A stretch of DNA of 48,066 nucleotides from a virus (Duplodnaviria; Caudoviricetes). Both the position numbers and the translations under genes were made by a program. Of the stretch, positions 36,462-45,713 are shown one piece after another (position 1 is the stretch's first letter; each line of letters begins with the position of its first letter). Location of the stretch: positions 1 through 48,066 of the IMG/VR virus record IMGVR_UViG_3300004369_000027, one strand, 5' to 3'. The notes beneath the pieces are model-generated. The model saw only the letters and a program-made list of their open reading frames with translations. It did not search any database and had not been told where the DNA came from.

Positions 36462-37034
36462 TTAGATAATATCACTAGAAGCAGCAAAACTTCCAGCATT
36501 CATAGCTGGAGCATCTTCTTCTATTCTAGTCATCTGGTCAATATTATTGGCTTTCAGACGAGTATCAGACAGCAGCACACTTTCTGCTTCAATAAAAGGA
36601 ACATAGCTTCTTACTTGTAGATACTTCTTAGGATACAAAGTAGTACCATAAGTACAATACACTCTAACCATTACTGAAGAAATCTTAGGTTGGATTAGCT
36701 GTAAGCATCCATCAAGCAATTCTTTAGGTGAAGTAAAAGCAGGAAACTGATAAGTTTCACCTAAGAAACAATGTACCAAATGCTTAAGAGCTTTACCTTG
36801 TTTCTCCAAGTCCTTAGCAAATGTATCTCTTGTAGAATCTAGATACCAAAAGGCCAAGTTAATCTCAGCACCATTAGAATCTTTAAAGAATAGCTTATAG
36901 TCAGGAGCATTACCAGCTTCTGTCTTAGGCTCAATTCTATCAAGTCTAACATTTCTTACTACACCAGCTTGTCCACCATTAAAGATTTGAACATTACTAC
37001 CTCCATCAAAGGAATTGTCATTTAGATTAATCAT
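36462..37034 (-). CDS. Putative single-stranded DNA-binding protein
   Basis: Beta-rich core, acidic tail (EEDAP..SDII), position between AAA ATPase and primase; inference. Confidence 0.5.
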   Translation of the reverse strand: MINLNDNSFDGGSNVQIFNGGQAGVVRNVRLDRIEPKTEAGNAPDYKLFFKDSNGAEINLAFWYLDSTRDTFAKDLEKQGKALKHLVHCFLGETYQFPAFTSPKELLDGCLQLIQPKISSVMVRVYCTYGTTLYPKKYLQVRSYVPFIEAESVLLSDTRLKANNIDQMTRIEEDAPAMNAGSFAASSDII

Positions 37035-37062
37035 ACGATTTATTTGTTTTAGGGGTTAATAC

Positions 37063-37380
37063 TTAGATATTTGTAAAATCATGCTGAGGAATACCAGCAT
37101 GTTGTAGAGTTCCCAAATCTGCTTGAGGCTCTTCTTCAGGCTCACTGTAAACACAGTTGTTTTCAACAATCATTTCAGGATCTACAAACTCAAAAGTAGG
37201 TTCACTTCTTTTGATATTTCTGGCTTGAACTTTTCTCTCTCTGAGTAAAGTTACAACATCATCACCACTGCAATTTATGCGGTAAATATCGTTGATTTTC
37301 ACCGCAATTTCATCAGCTGACATACAGTCCAGCACATACCAGATTTTCAAATCTCTAGTACTAATAGGAATTTGTTTCAT
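37063..37380 (-). CDS. Hypothetical protein, 105 aa
   Basis: ORF in operon context; possible helix-turn-helix. Confidence 0.65.
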   Translation of the reverse strand: MKQIPISTRDLKIWYVLDCMSADEIAVKINDIYRINCSGDDVVTLLRERKVQARNIKRSEPTFEFVDPEMIVENNCVYSEPEEEPQADLGTLQHAGIPQHDFTNI

Positions 37381-37385
37381 ACTTA

Positions 37386-38063
37386 TTAGTTATAATATTC
37401 GTTAATTTTTGCAGACACAAGGGATAAGTCATTAGGAATAGAAAGCTCATCAAACATTCCTCTTGGACTTTTAGCAGTGGTCACACCATCAGTTTGAGTT
37501 ACAAAATAATAGTGTGGCCTTTGGTCTTCTTCAATCCTTACTTCAGTAAATAGGACAATAGTAAATAAACCTTCTAGAGTAATTTTATCATCTAGAAGTT
37601 TACCGATTGTCTTAATTTTCCTTTTCTGATTGAAGTTTTCATTGGTACTTTCCTCATGATATAGTGCAAATACTATGAGGTCATCCCTAAGCTGACGACC
37701 TGTATTTAACACATCAAAAGTGTTTTTCGCAATGTCTGTAAATTTGTCAAAGCCTCTTTCTTTAGCTTTAGCCATAAACTCAAAGGACATCAAGTATTGA
37801 ATATCATCCAAGATAATATGCTTAATCTCAGGTCTATTGTCGCTAATGAATTTCATAGCTGCAACAATAGTAGCTGATACATCTGTGGCTATATAGTTAG
37901 CACCTTCAGATAGCTTACCTTGGATGTATTTACTTTTCCATCCTTTAAATGGTAAAGGTTTGTTAGAAACATTGACAATTACAGTTTCTTTTGGGTCAAG
38001 GCCTTCAATAGAAGTGGATTTACCAGTTCCACTATGGCCTACAATACCTACGAGTGTACTCAT
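37386..38063 (-). CDS. AAA-type P-loop ATPase (Sak4/AAA_24-like)
   Basis: GHSGTGKS Walker A, IILDD Walker B, KTIGKLLD, TAKSP. Confidence 0.85.
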   Translation of the reverse strand: MSTLVGIVGHSGTGKSTSIEGLDPKETVIVNVSNKPLPFKGWKSKYIQGKLSEGANYIATDVSATIVAAMKFISDNRPEIKHIILDDIQYLMSFEFMAKAKERGFDKFTDIAKNTFDVLNTGRQLRDDLIVFALYHEESTNENFNQKRKIKTIGKLLDDKITLEGLFTIVLFTEVRIEEDQRPHYYFVTQTDGVTTAKSPRGMFDELSIPNDLSLVSAKINEYYN

Positions 38064-38076
38064 ATATTTGTTGAAT

Positions 38077-38238
38077 TTAGTTACGATATTTTCTTTTTAA
38101 TCTCCAGATAAGTGACTTAATATATGCAATAGATACACCAAATCTTTCTATAATACTTTTATGTGTTATAGTTGGGCCTGCTCTTTCTATAAAGTCAACA
38201 ATATCTTGCTCTACGGTGTTACGCTTTAGGTTTTCCAT
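38077..38238 (-). CDS. Small basic HTH-like protein (~53 aa)
   Basis: Likely start MENLKRN at 38238; HKSIIERFGVSIAYIKSL resembles an HTH. Confidence 0.5.
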   Translation of the reverse strand: MENLKRNTVEQDIVDFIERAGPTITHKSIIERFGVSIAYIKSLIWRLKRKYRN

Positions 38239-39325
38239 TGTATTTTCTATAAAGTTCTTCCAAGAGAGGATCTCCTGGTTTAGGTAGTTCTTCAAAGAAG
38301 TTTGTAGCACCATTAAAGTGCAAACCTACAACTCCATTAGGACTACCACTGCGGTATTTCAACACATGTAAAGATCGGAAATTATCCTGTAATAAAGAAA
38401 TTTTATAGTTCCTAAATACATCTAATTCATACCTTGCAGGACTAAAAATACCTAGTGCTATATCAGCATCTCTACCAGTTAATTTAGTTTCACCTAAACC
38501 ATACAAACTAGGAATCAATTTAGATTCTAAAGTCTGACCTTTATAGGTGTCTAATTCCTCCATAGCAGCAGCTTGTTGTTGAATTAATACAGGAATAAAC
38601 CCAAAGTTATTTCTTAGCTGCACCATGTTATTACTATGCTTTTCTATAGTACCTTTAATGCTTAAGCCTTGCTCAGTATTAAGCAAAGCAGCATGGTCTA
38701 CAATGATGATAACATATTCTTTTGGGTTATTAGGAGTATAATAGTCAAAGATTTCTTGTTGTTCTTCTCTTATTTCTCCAGATACCTCATCTCTAATCTT
38801 TTTAGTTATCATCTTTTTGTGTATAGTACCATGGGATTTAGCATAGTCAACCATCTGTTTGAAGATACCATAAGGATTCATCGTACTATCATAGATGTAA
38901 ACAAAGTCTTCTAATTTCTCAAAGTAATCTTTAGTGGAAGATATAATACTATACTCCTCTTCTGATATCCTATGCTTGTTCATAGATAGGATTTTATTAA
39001 ATGGAATAACCATGTTGTAATCATAGTATATCTTCCTAGCAATACCTTGTATAATCTTAGATTCTTTGTCTACCTCTAATGAGTAGTAAAAGATTTTTAA
39101 CTTAATATCTGTTTCATTATTAAGCACAAAATCTATAGGTCTATACATAAAAAAAGCATCAGTAAACTGAGTTTTGCCAATACCTGAGTTAGCAGTTACT
39201 AGGTAATACTTTTGTTGCATAATACCTGGAACTACATTCTCAAATCTAGGTAAACCCCAAGGGATGCAGTTATGCTCATTATGCATATTGTCCCTAATTC
39301 TACTTAATGCTCTATCAAATATCAT
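38219..39325 (-). CDS. DnaB-like (SF4) replicative helicase
   Basis: ANSGIGKT, YYSLE, IIVDH, IQQQ, LKYRSG; likely start MIFDRAL at 39325. Confidence 0.85.
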   Translation of the reverse strand: MIFDRALSRIRDNMHNEHNCIPWGLPRFENVVPGIMQQKYYLVTANSGIGKTQFTDAFFMYRPIDFVLNNETDIKLKIFYYSLEVDKESKIIQGIARKIYYDYNMVIPFNKILSMNKHRISEEEYSIISSTKDYFEKLEDFVYIYDSTMNPYGIFKQMVDYAKSHGTIHKKMITKKIRDEVSGEIREEQQEIFDYYTPNNPKEYVIIIVDHAALLNTEQGLSIKGTIEKHSNNMVQLRNNFGFIPVLIQQQAAAMEELDTYKGQTLESKLIPSLYGLGETKLTGRDADIALGIFSPARYELDVFRNYKISLLQDNFRSLHVLKYRSGSPNGVVGLHFNGATNFFEELPKPGDPLLEELYRKYNGKPKA

Positions 39326-39761
39326 GTATAAACGAATTTTGAGGTTCATTAGCATCTAGCTCATCACAATATGCTTCTAGCTTAGATACTCTACCATCTC
39401 TGGTGTTACCTTGGTTCTTAGAGATAAAATAGTCTGCTTGCATTAGATACTTCCATCTTTGATTAGATTCTACCTGAATATACTTTTCAGTAGCTCTCAT
39501 TACTTTATCCATAGATAAATCAGGTCTTCTCAAAAACAGCTCTTTCATTTTAACAACACAGGCATTTTTATCACCCATAGCACCAGGTTTCTTACCTTTA
39601 AACAGATTTCTATAAGCATCAATCCATTCTTCAATAGGATGGATAATCTTACTTTCTGTTTTAGGTAAGAGGATTAGTTCTCTGGTTTCCCAGTTTAAGA
39701 CTTTTATAAAGCCTTCATCTTGCATTTTATTTAGCAAGTCAATTACTTCTAGTATTTCCAT
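39315..39761 (-). CDS. Hypothetical protein upstream of helicase (possible initiator/loader)
   Basis: YRNLF..GAMGDK..ATEKYI..YLMQADYFI; function inferred from position only. Confidence 0.65.
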   Translation of the reverse strand: MEILEVIDLLNKMQDEGFIKVLNWETRELILLPKTESKIIHPIEEWIDAYRNLFKGKKPGAMGDKNACVVKMKELFLRRPDLSMDKVMRATEKYIQVESNQRWKYLMQADYFISKNQGNTRDGRVSKLEAYCDELDANEPQNSFIHDI

Positions 39762-39925
39762 AATACGAGAGTGTTTACTCTAGTGAAAGGCATACCATCG
39801 CTATCAATCTTTTCTGTAACCCATACAAGCTTCAGGACTTTTCCATCATCAATTAGGGATACACTATGCATTGCAATAGCTATGTAACCTACAATAAGTA
39901 AAATAATTACAATCATCAAAATCAT
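39749..39925 (-). CDS. 58-aa protein with an N-terminal membrane helix (absent from the ORF track)
   Basis: MILMIVIILLIVGYIAIAMHSV...LWKY*; ATG overlaps the upstream TGA (ATGA) and the ORF fills the gap. Confidence 0.7.
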   Translation of the reverse strand: MILMIVIILLIVGYIAIAMHSVSLIDDGKVLKLVWVTEKIDSDGMPFTRVNTLVLWKY

Positions 39926-40170
39926 AAACCCATGTTTTTATACTTTAGTCTTGCATCTTCTTCCTCCATCAGTAGTATAAAAGCAGGTATAACACACATT
40001 ACTTGGTCTGCACAGGTGCATTTAGGTTTTGCTAAGGTGTTAATTTTGTCAACATAGGATTGTGGGTGTTGTTTTTCTTCTTGTGTCATATCTACCTCTA
40101 CTATCTTAGAAAAGAAAAGTACTTCTTCATCTGTCAGCATATTTATACTGACTTGTTTAGTTTGCTCCAT
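39922..40170 (-). CDS. Hypothetical protein, 82 aa
   Basis: Abuts the helicase stop codon. Confidence 0.6.
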   Translation of the reverse strand: MEQTKQVSINMLTDEEVLFFSKIVEVDMTQEEKQHPQSYVDKINTLAKPKCTCADQVMCVIPAFILLMEEEDARLKYKNMGL

Positions 40171-41286
40171 TTATAAGTTTTTATAGTGAATAAACTCTAT
40201 TTTGCTCCTAGGAACATTTTTTAAAGCACTTCTTACCCAATCTTCATCTACTGTATTAACAGCACATATAACCCATACTTCTGCAATCTTATTAGGGTTA
40301 TTATACTCTAACCTAAGCAGTCTACCCATTCTTTGCTGAGCAGTTTCTTCAGAGCTTTGAAATTGATGTACTACGGCTTTATTTAATGGCTTTATATTTA
40401 AGCCTACGTTTGCCATATTAACTACTGCTAGTTTATCAATTTCTCCTTCTGAGAATCTCTCTAAGTTTTTCTTATCAGCTTTAGAATGATATTGGTAATC
40501 ACATAGCTGGTTAGCACTGTCTGTCAATGTAGTGAAGACAAGCAATCTGTCTTCAGGATAATTGTTGATTATTCTAGAAGCAGCATCTAATTTACTTTTA
40601 CAGGAATAGATAAGCTTGGCTCTTTTAGAAGCAAACTGCATTTTAATTAATGCATATTTTCTTTTATCAGCTCCTATAGCATTCCACTCTGCAAATTTAA
40701 TTTGATTAAACTGCTTTGTTAGATAATCGTATTGTGCCTTTTCTGTAGTTAAAAAGGGCTTTAGTTTAGTTCCTCCTTCAATATACTTGTGTGTATCATC
40801 AAGAGAAACCTCTACAACTTTAACTCTATAATCAGCAATAATACCATCTCTAATAGCTCTCTCAATATCATATGAATATATAATATCAAGATTTAGTTGT
40901 TCTTTAATTACAGCTTTAGAATTATCACTAAGAGTACCTGTAAGGCCTAATAATGGCCCTGTAGGTACCTTAGATAATTGATTAGTAGAATACAGATGAA
41001 TTTCATCTAATATTACTAAATCAAATGTATTCTTAGTGTGTTTCCCTAAGGAAGCTGTAGTGGTATATACAACATTACTATCTGATTTACCCCATTTAAT
41101 AAATTCTTCTTTCCAAGAATCTAAAACTGATATAAATGGTGCTACTACAAGTATTTTCTGATGGGAGTTTTCTATTAAATCTATTCCGATTTTAGTTTTA
41201 CCAACACCCATTGAAATATGTAATATGCCTCTTTTATGAGTTAAAAAAGTCTGTTTTGCTAAATGTTGTATTTCATCTTTTGTCAT
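40171..41286 (-). CDS. Superfamily 2 helicase
   Basis: MGVGKT, LDEIH, LTGT, VGLNI, QRMGRLLR. Confidence 0.9.
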   Translation of the reverse strand: MTKDEIQHLAKQTFLTHKRGILHISMGVGKTKIGIDLIENSHQKILVVAPFISVLDSWKEEFIKWGKSDSNVVYTTTASLGKHTKNTFDLVILDEIHLYSTNQLSKVPTGPLLGLTGTLSDNSKAVIKEQLNLDIIYSYDIERAIRDGIIADYRVKVVEVSLDDTHKYIEGGTKLKPFLTTEKAQYDYLTKQFNQIKFAEWNAIGADKRKYALIKMQFASKRAKLIYSCKSKLDAASRIINNYPEDRLLVFTTLTDSANQLCDYQYHSKADKKNLERFSEGEIDKLAVVNMANVGLNIKPLNKAVVHQFQSSEETAQQRMGRLLRLEYNNPNKIAEVWVICAVNTVDEDWVRSALKNVPRSKIEFIHYKNL

Positions 41287-41651
41287 TTTAAAAGTTCTTC
41301 AAGATTGAGTTTTGTATTTGTAGTTTGGCTTACAGTTTGACCTCCCATCCAAGGTTTAAAAGGTAAACAACTTATCCATTGTTCTATGGTAGGCACAAAA
41401 CCTAGATCTTCTTTGATGTGATTAATAACAATGTATCTAGTTTCTATTTTCTGTCCTTCTGAATTTACTATAAATGCACCAAACACTCTTTCACATACAT
41501 AAATACCAAAAGTATTATGTAGTATAGCTCTATGTTGATAACCAACATAGTGTGTTTTAGTCATATCTAGAAATTCATGAATAGGTAAATAATCTGTGTA
41601 TTCTCCTCCGAATTTTTTAACTGATAGTTCTGAATGTTTTAATGGACTCAT
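41283..41651 (-). CDS. His-rich hypothetical protein (DUF6915-like, from memory)
   Basis: HSELSVKKFGG..DYLPIHEFLD..HRAILHNTFG..HIKEDLG. Confidence 0.7.
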   Translation of the reverse strand: MSPLKHSELSVKKFGGEYTDYLPIHEFLDMTKTHYVGYQHRAILHNTFGIYVCERVFGAFIVNSEGQKIETRYIVINHIKEDLGFVPTIEQWISCLPFKPWMGGQTVSQTTNTKLNLEELLK

Positions 41652-42025
41652 CTTGTAAATTCTTTAGCTTGATAATTAAATCCATAATAATTTGTATCAG
41701 TAACACGAATATTCATATGAACTTTAATATTACCTGTTAACAAGCAAATATTTACACAACCATATCCACCATCATTATTATACCAATCATAATCTGTAGC
41801 TCCTACTGCTCCATAACCAAGAGAAAATAATTCATCTGCGTCATTGTCATAGCCATCAGAATAATCTTCATCTATATGAAAACTATCATCAGTTCTAAAT
41901 ACAGAAGAATAATTAAAACTACCACTATCTCCACTACCATCAAAACATAAAGACACACCTACATAACCTTCATTTTTTAGTCTAGTAAGTGTATTTCTAA
42001 CTAGTTCTTTTTGTTCTTGTCTCAT
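41648..42025 (-). CDS. Acidic hypothetical protein (DUF6878-like, from memory)
   Basis: FDGSGDSG and DWYNNDGGYG motifs. Confidence 0.7.
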   Translation of the reverse strand: MRQEQKELVRNTLTRLKNEGYVGVSLCFDGSGDSGSFNYSSVFRTDDSFHIDEDYSDGYDNDADELFSLGYGAVGATDYDWYNNDGGYGCVNICLLTGNIKVHMNIRVTDTNYYGFNYQAKEFTR

Positions 42026-42197
42026 GTTGTTCTATATTAAATTTCCAAAATCCAGGGCAACTTATTACCCCATTTTTATCTTTTTCCCACTCAAATTTTG
42101 CATATGATTGTAACAAGTCATCTGGCTGAGCCAAATACCTATAACATGAGAGTTTAAGTGGGCAACTCTCATTTTTGCACATCGAAATATCTGGCAT
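41997..42197 (-). CDS. Small Cys-rich hypothetical protein
   Basis: MPDISMC..CPLKLSCYRY..C, a pattern seen in small phage proteins. Confidence 0.7.
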   Translation of the reverse strand: MPDISMCKNESCPLKLSCYRYLAQPDDLLQSYAKFEWEKDKNGVISCPGFWKFNIEQHETRTKRTS

Positions 42198-42205
42198 AGT
42201 TTAAG

Positions 42206-44071
42206 TTATTTTTTCCAATGTTTAGCTATATACCCATCAACATCAATAGGATATCCTATAACTTCTTTAAAAGCATCTATCATACATTGTTTTTGGATAT
42301 TAAACCATTCATCAGCCTGTTCATCTTTAACTTCACATACTATAGCATCATGCAATTGTAAAACAAACTTAACATCAATGTTATGCTTAAGTCTTTCTTC
42401 ATGCATTTTAACCATGGATAGCTTAGTTATATTAGCACCAGTACCTTGTATATAGGTATTACCACTTTGTCTTTCTATTTGAGAATAGATTGCAGGATCA
42501 TCTTGTGGATTTTCAAAGAATCTAATTCTTCTATATGGAGGTTTAGTCCTAATCATTAGATTTCTTTTACCATAATCCTTTAGCATATTAAGAAAGCCAG
42601 TAAGCTTTGGTAATCCTTTAAAGTAAGTGCTAATAATTTCTTTAGCTTCAGCTAATGGAATGTTAATAGAGTCACTAAGCTTTTGTGGGCCACCACCATA
42701 TAAAGCAAGGTAGTTAAGAGTTTTAATCTTAGTTCTCATGCTCTTATGTTCTTTGCAGTCACACTTTTGTTTAGTTTTCATATACTCACAGCTTTCTTCA
42801 GCAGCATTTCTCCATTTATCTTTATAAACAGCTTCTGCTACTACAGAGTGTAAGTCTAATCCATTATTAAAAGCTTCTACCCAAGATTCTTCACCACTAG
42901 CACAGCCAGCAATAACCAATTCCATAGCAGAATAATCACAATCTACATAAGAATAGCCATCTCTAGCTATAAAGCAATTCCTAACTTCATTTAAAGCTGG
43001 TAATTGCTGCATATTAGGTGCTTCATCTTTCATACCTGATGATACTCTGCCTGTAGCTAATATTTGCCAATATGAAGTATGCACAGCATTTGTTACAGGG
43101 TTTACCCATTTTAAGTATTCCCTACCAAACTTACTAATTGCAGTTTGGTTTTCTTTGTAGTCAAGATAAAGTCCTACTATAGGAACTTTAACCTTATACT
43201 TTTCTATAATTTTTTCATTGACAGAATCTGTTCTAATGCCTGAAGCTAATAATATATCTAATACTTGTTTAGGAGAAGACCATGTAACATTAGTCTTAAA
43301 TCCTTCTTCAAATAAATTAAGCTGTCTATCAATAAATCTATTATACTTATCTGGATTATCTAGTATGTACTTGTTAAGAGCTTCTTCATATTGATTGGCA
43401 TTTTTTTCTCTGTCAAGAGATTGAATCATCCACTTTTCTCTATCAAGTTTCATTCCTGCATATTCCATCTCTGCAAATACTCTAGAACACTTAAACTCTA
43501 AGTCTGCTACAGACATTAAATCTAATCTAGTAAGTTCTGCAATCTGCTTATTCATTACTTCTTCTAGAGCAATAACATCATAAGCAGCATACTTAATGAC
43601 ATCATCAGTAAGTCCAGCCCAATTAATTTTGCCTCTTACTGACTTATCTAGTTGGTATTTATCACCACAATACTTAGTTACTACATAGTCAAGTCTTAGC
43701 TGTCTATTTTCATAACCAGTAGTTAAAATACATTCTGCTAAAAAGGTATCATAGATGTTATGTAGTCTAATGCCTTTAGCAAAGAAAAACTTATCATCAT
43801 ACTTGCTATTTTGTAGAATGTTAATAGCTGTAGGATCTTCAAGTTCTTCCTTTAGATCTAATATATTAGCATAGGTACAATCTATTACAAATTGTGTATC
43901 AGCATCACCAATTTGCAGAGTAAAAATGTATCCAGTCCAACAATCACCTATAGTTTCTGTGTCTATACCTCTAACTTTATGAGTTTTACACCATTCTTTT
44001 ACATCATTAATTGAACAAGGTGTAGATATCTCACTAGCTATCAGAGAGTTATTTGCTATTAAGTATATCAT
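42206..44071 (-). CDS. polA: Family A DNA polymerase with 3'-5' exonuclease
   Basis: IDTET, NSKYD, YAAYDV; TGRVSS..PNMQQLP; DYSAMEL (A), RTKIKTLNYLALYG (B), LHDAIV (C). Confidence 0.95.
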   Translation of the reverse strand: MIYLIANNSLIASEISTPCSINDVKEWCKTHKVRGIDTETIGDCWTGYIFTLQIGDADTQFVIDCTYANILDLKEELEDPTAINILQNSKYDDKFFFAKGIRLHNIYDTFLAECILTTGYENRQLRLDYVVTKYCGDKYQLDKSVRGKINWAGLTDDVIKYAAYDVIALEEVMNKQIAELTRLDLMSVADLEFKCSRVFAEMEYAGMKLDREKWMIQSLDREKNANQYEEALNKYILDNPDKYNRFIDRQLNLFEEGFKTNVTWSSPKQVLDILLASGIRTDSVNEKIIEKYKVKVPIVGLYLDYKENQTAISKFGREYLKWVNPVTNAVHTSYWQILATGRVSSGMKDEAPNMQQLPALNEVRNCFIARDGYSYVDCDYSAMELVIAGCASGEESWVEAFNNGLDLHSVVAEAVYKDKWRNAAEESCEYMKTKQKCDCKEHKSMRTKIKTLNYLALYGGGPQKLSDSINIPLAEAKEIISTYFKGLPKLTGFLNMLKDYGKRNLMIRTKPPYRRIRFFENPQDDPAIYSQIERQSGNTYIQGTGANITKLSMVKMHEERLKHNIDVKFVLQLHDAIVCEVKDEQADEWFNIQKQCMIDAFKEVIGYPIDVDGYIAKHWKK

Positions 44072-44411
44072 ATTTTTTAAAATGTATTTGTACTTTATTG
44101 TCTAAAGTCACACTATCAAAATCTTTAACATGCAGTAAATCACCATAATCAATTTTGTAATGATGAACATTACTGCGGCTTACTGCTTGTTTAAAATAAT
44201 CAGATGCTTGTTGTTCTGTGTAATCAAACTGGTTAATTAAGTAGTAAGATATAGCTTTTCTAGCATTTACAACATCTTGTTTTCTAGTTTTTAGATAAAG
44301 ATGTTCTTCTTTAACTCTATAATGCTTACATATTGTGTTTACAAAAGCTTTAATCTTAGCAGTTTTAGATAAATCTAGACCTGGAAGTACCCATGGATTA
44401 ATCTGTTTCAT
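44049..44411 (-). CDS. DnaA C-terminal (domain IV)-like HTH protein
   Basis: ICKHYRV..LYLKTRKQDVVNARKAISYYL..SRSNVHH. Confidence 0.7.
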   Translation of the reverse strand: MKQINPWVLPGLDLSKTAKIKAFVNTICKHYRVKEEHLYLKTRKQDVVNARKAISYYLINQFDYTEQQASDYFKQAVSRSNVHHYKIDYGDLLHVKDFDSVTLDNKVQIHFKKYDILNSK

Positions 44412-44414
44412 AAA

Positions 44415-44651
44415 TTACCTCCATAACTCGTCAATGTTTTGCTCCCGAAGGTACTGCCGTATCTGCTCAGCAAGTTGAATTTGTTCTTCTGTTGCTTTGC
44501 CTCCATTAAAGGGATTGTTTTCATATTTGGTAATATCCCTTAGTTGTTGGTCTAAATTGTGAATAACAACAAAGTAATCACCACCTTTAAGTGCAAAATT
44601 AGCCTCTTGCTCTTCTTTGGGTAATTTGAATTTAAGTTTTAATTTGGGCAT
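44415..44651 (-). CDS. Hypothetical protein, 78 aa
   Basis: LKFKLPKEEQE..ALKG..LDQQLR pattern of small phage proteins. Confidence 0.7.
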   Translation of the reverse strand: MPKLKLKFKLPKEEQEANFALKGGDYFVVIHNLDQQLRDITKYENNPFNGGKATEEQIQLAEQIRQYLREQNIDELWR

Positions 44652-44669
44652 AAGTCAATATTTAATAAT

Positions 44670-44700
44670 AAAAAGAGCAAGGGCTATTAACCCTTGCTCT
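44670..44700 (-). terminator. Intrinsic terminator
   Basis: Perfect 10-bp stem agagcaaggg/ctattaa/cccttgctct with an A-run on the left (U-tract on the - strand). Confidence 0.8.
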
Positions 44701-44701
44701 A

Positions 44702-44709
44702 CAAATATA
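44702..44709 (-). promoter_or_regulatory. TAnnTTTG -7 element
   Basis: - strand tatatttg, 1 nt before the hairpin. Confidence 0.5.
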
Positions 44710-44715
44710 TGAATA

Positions 44716-45075
44716 TTAGTACTTAAAATTAATCAAACCCCAAAAGAAACTAAAGTGCCTTTCATTTTTACGCTCTGGAGTAGTAGCTACAGTTTTTACT
44801 GCATTTCTTCTACCTCTTTGTTTAGCATTCATAACATCAATATAGCTTTGATATGTTGAAGCTAAAGCAGCATTAGGTTTAATACTATTATTCCATACAA
44901 CAACATTATTTTTCTTTTGAAGAATATTATTTTTATGTAAAAAGCTAACTAATCTGCTATCTACTTTTACATCTTTTGTAACTTCTTTAAATGTTTTGTA
45001 TTGCAGAATATTTGTGTTGTGATGAATAGCATTAAGCTGTGTGAGTTTTCTTTTAATCTTGTTTTGGTTACTCAT
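44716..45075 (-). CDS. Basic hypothetical protein, 119 aa
   Basis: Start overlaps the kinase end by 4 nt; aromatic C-terminus FSFFWGLINFKY. Confidence 0.7.
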   Translation of the reverse strand: MSNQNKIKRKLTQLNAIHHNTNILQYKTFKEVTKDVKVDSRLVSFLHKNNILQKKNNVVVWNNSIKPNAALASTYQSYIDVMNAKQRGRRNAVKTVATTPERKNERHFSFFWGLINFKY

Positions 45076-45713
45076 TTTATTTTATGTTTTTTAATTATTA
45101 ATCTAACTTTATCAATTAGGTCATATAAACTACCATCATTGATAATTACTTCGTCAAAACCATCAAAGTTATCTAGTGCTGTTTCTGATATATGTAAGCC
45201 TGTGTTATTATTACTAGGTCTTATAACTTTTATCAATAAACCACCTTTATCTTTGATAGCTAGAACTTCATTATGGAATCTAACATCAGATATAATCCAC
45301 CTAGATTTTTTAGTTATTTGGTTAAATAAAGCATTAACCCATACATTTTGGTTTATATTTCTTCCAATGTCAGTTCCCACTTGCTGTAGAATATCTCTAG
45401 GAGTTAATTCTACATCAATGCTAACCCATTCTTTACCTAATGGGGTTTCTTTGTACTCTCTATCTTCAAGGTCTTTTACTTTACATCCTAATAAAATACT
45501 AACAACCTTTTTTAGAGCTGTTGCAAATTTTTTTACTTCCCATTTAGATTTAGAAGCACAATAACCTTTATGGTCTAAATCAACTAAGCAGTCTTTATTA
45601 GTTTTGCTAAATACTTCATCATCTAAGGTTAAAAACTGGATAATTGTAGCAACAGTATCTTTACCTGAGCCAGCTTTACCAGCTATCCCCATTAGTTTTA
45701 TTTTCTTCTTCAT
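45072..45713 (-). CDS. Deoxynucleoside monophosphate kinase
   Basis: GIAGKAGSGKDT, FATALK, TPRDILQQVGT, ISDVRFHNE, HISET; likely start MKKKIKL at 45713. Confidence 0.9.
   Translation of the reverse strand: MKKKIKLMGIAGKAGSGKDTVATIIQFLTLDDEVFSKTNKDCLVDLDHKGYCASKSKWEVKKFATALKKVVSILLGCKVKDLEDREYKETPLGKEWVSIDVELTPRDILQQVGTDIGRNINQNVWVNALFNQITKKSRWIISDVRFHNEVLAIKDKGGLLIKVIRPSNNNTGLHISETALDNFDGFDEVIINDGSLYDLIDKVRLIIKKHKIK

Noticed and set aside
7934-44071. Introns or inteins in vRNAP, helicases or polA
   Set aside because: ORFs are continuous, and no HN-C/S/T intein junctions or homing endonuclease motifs were noticed.
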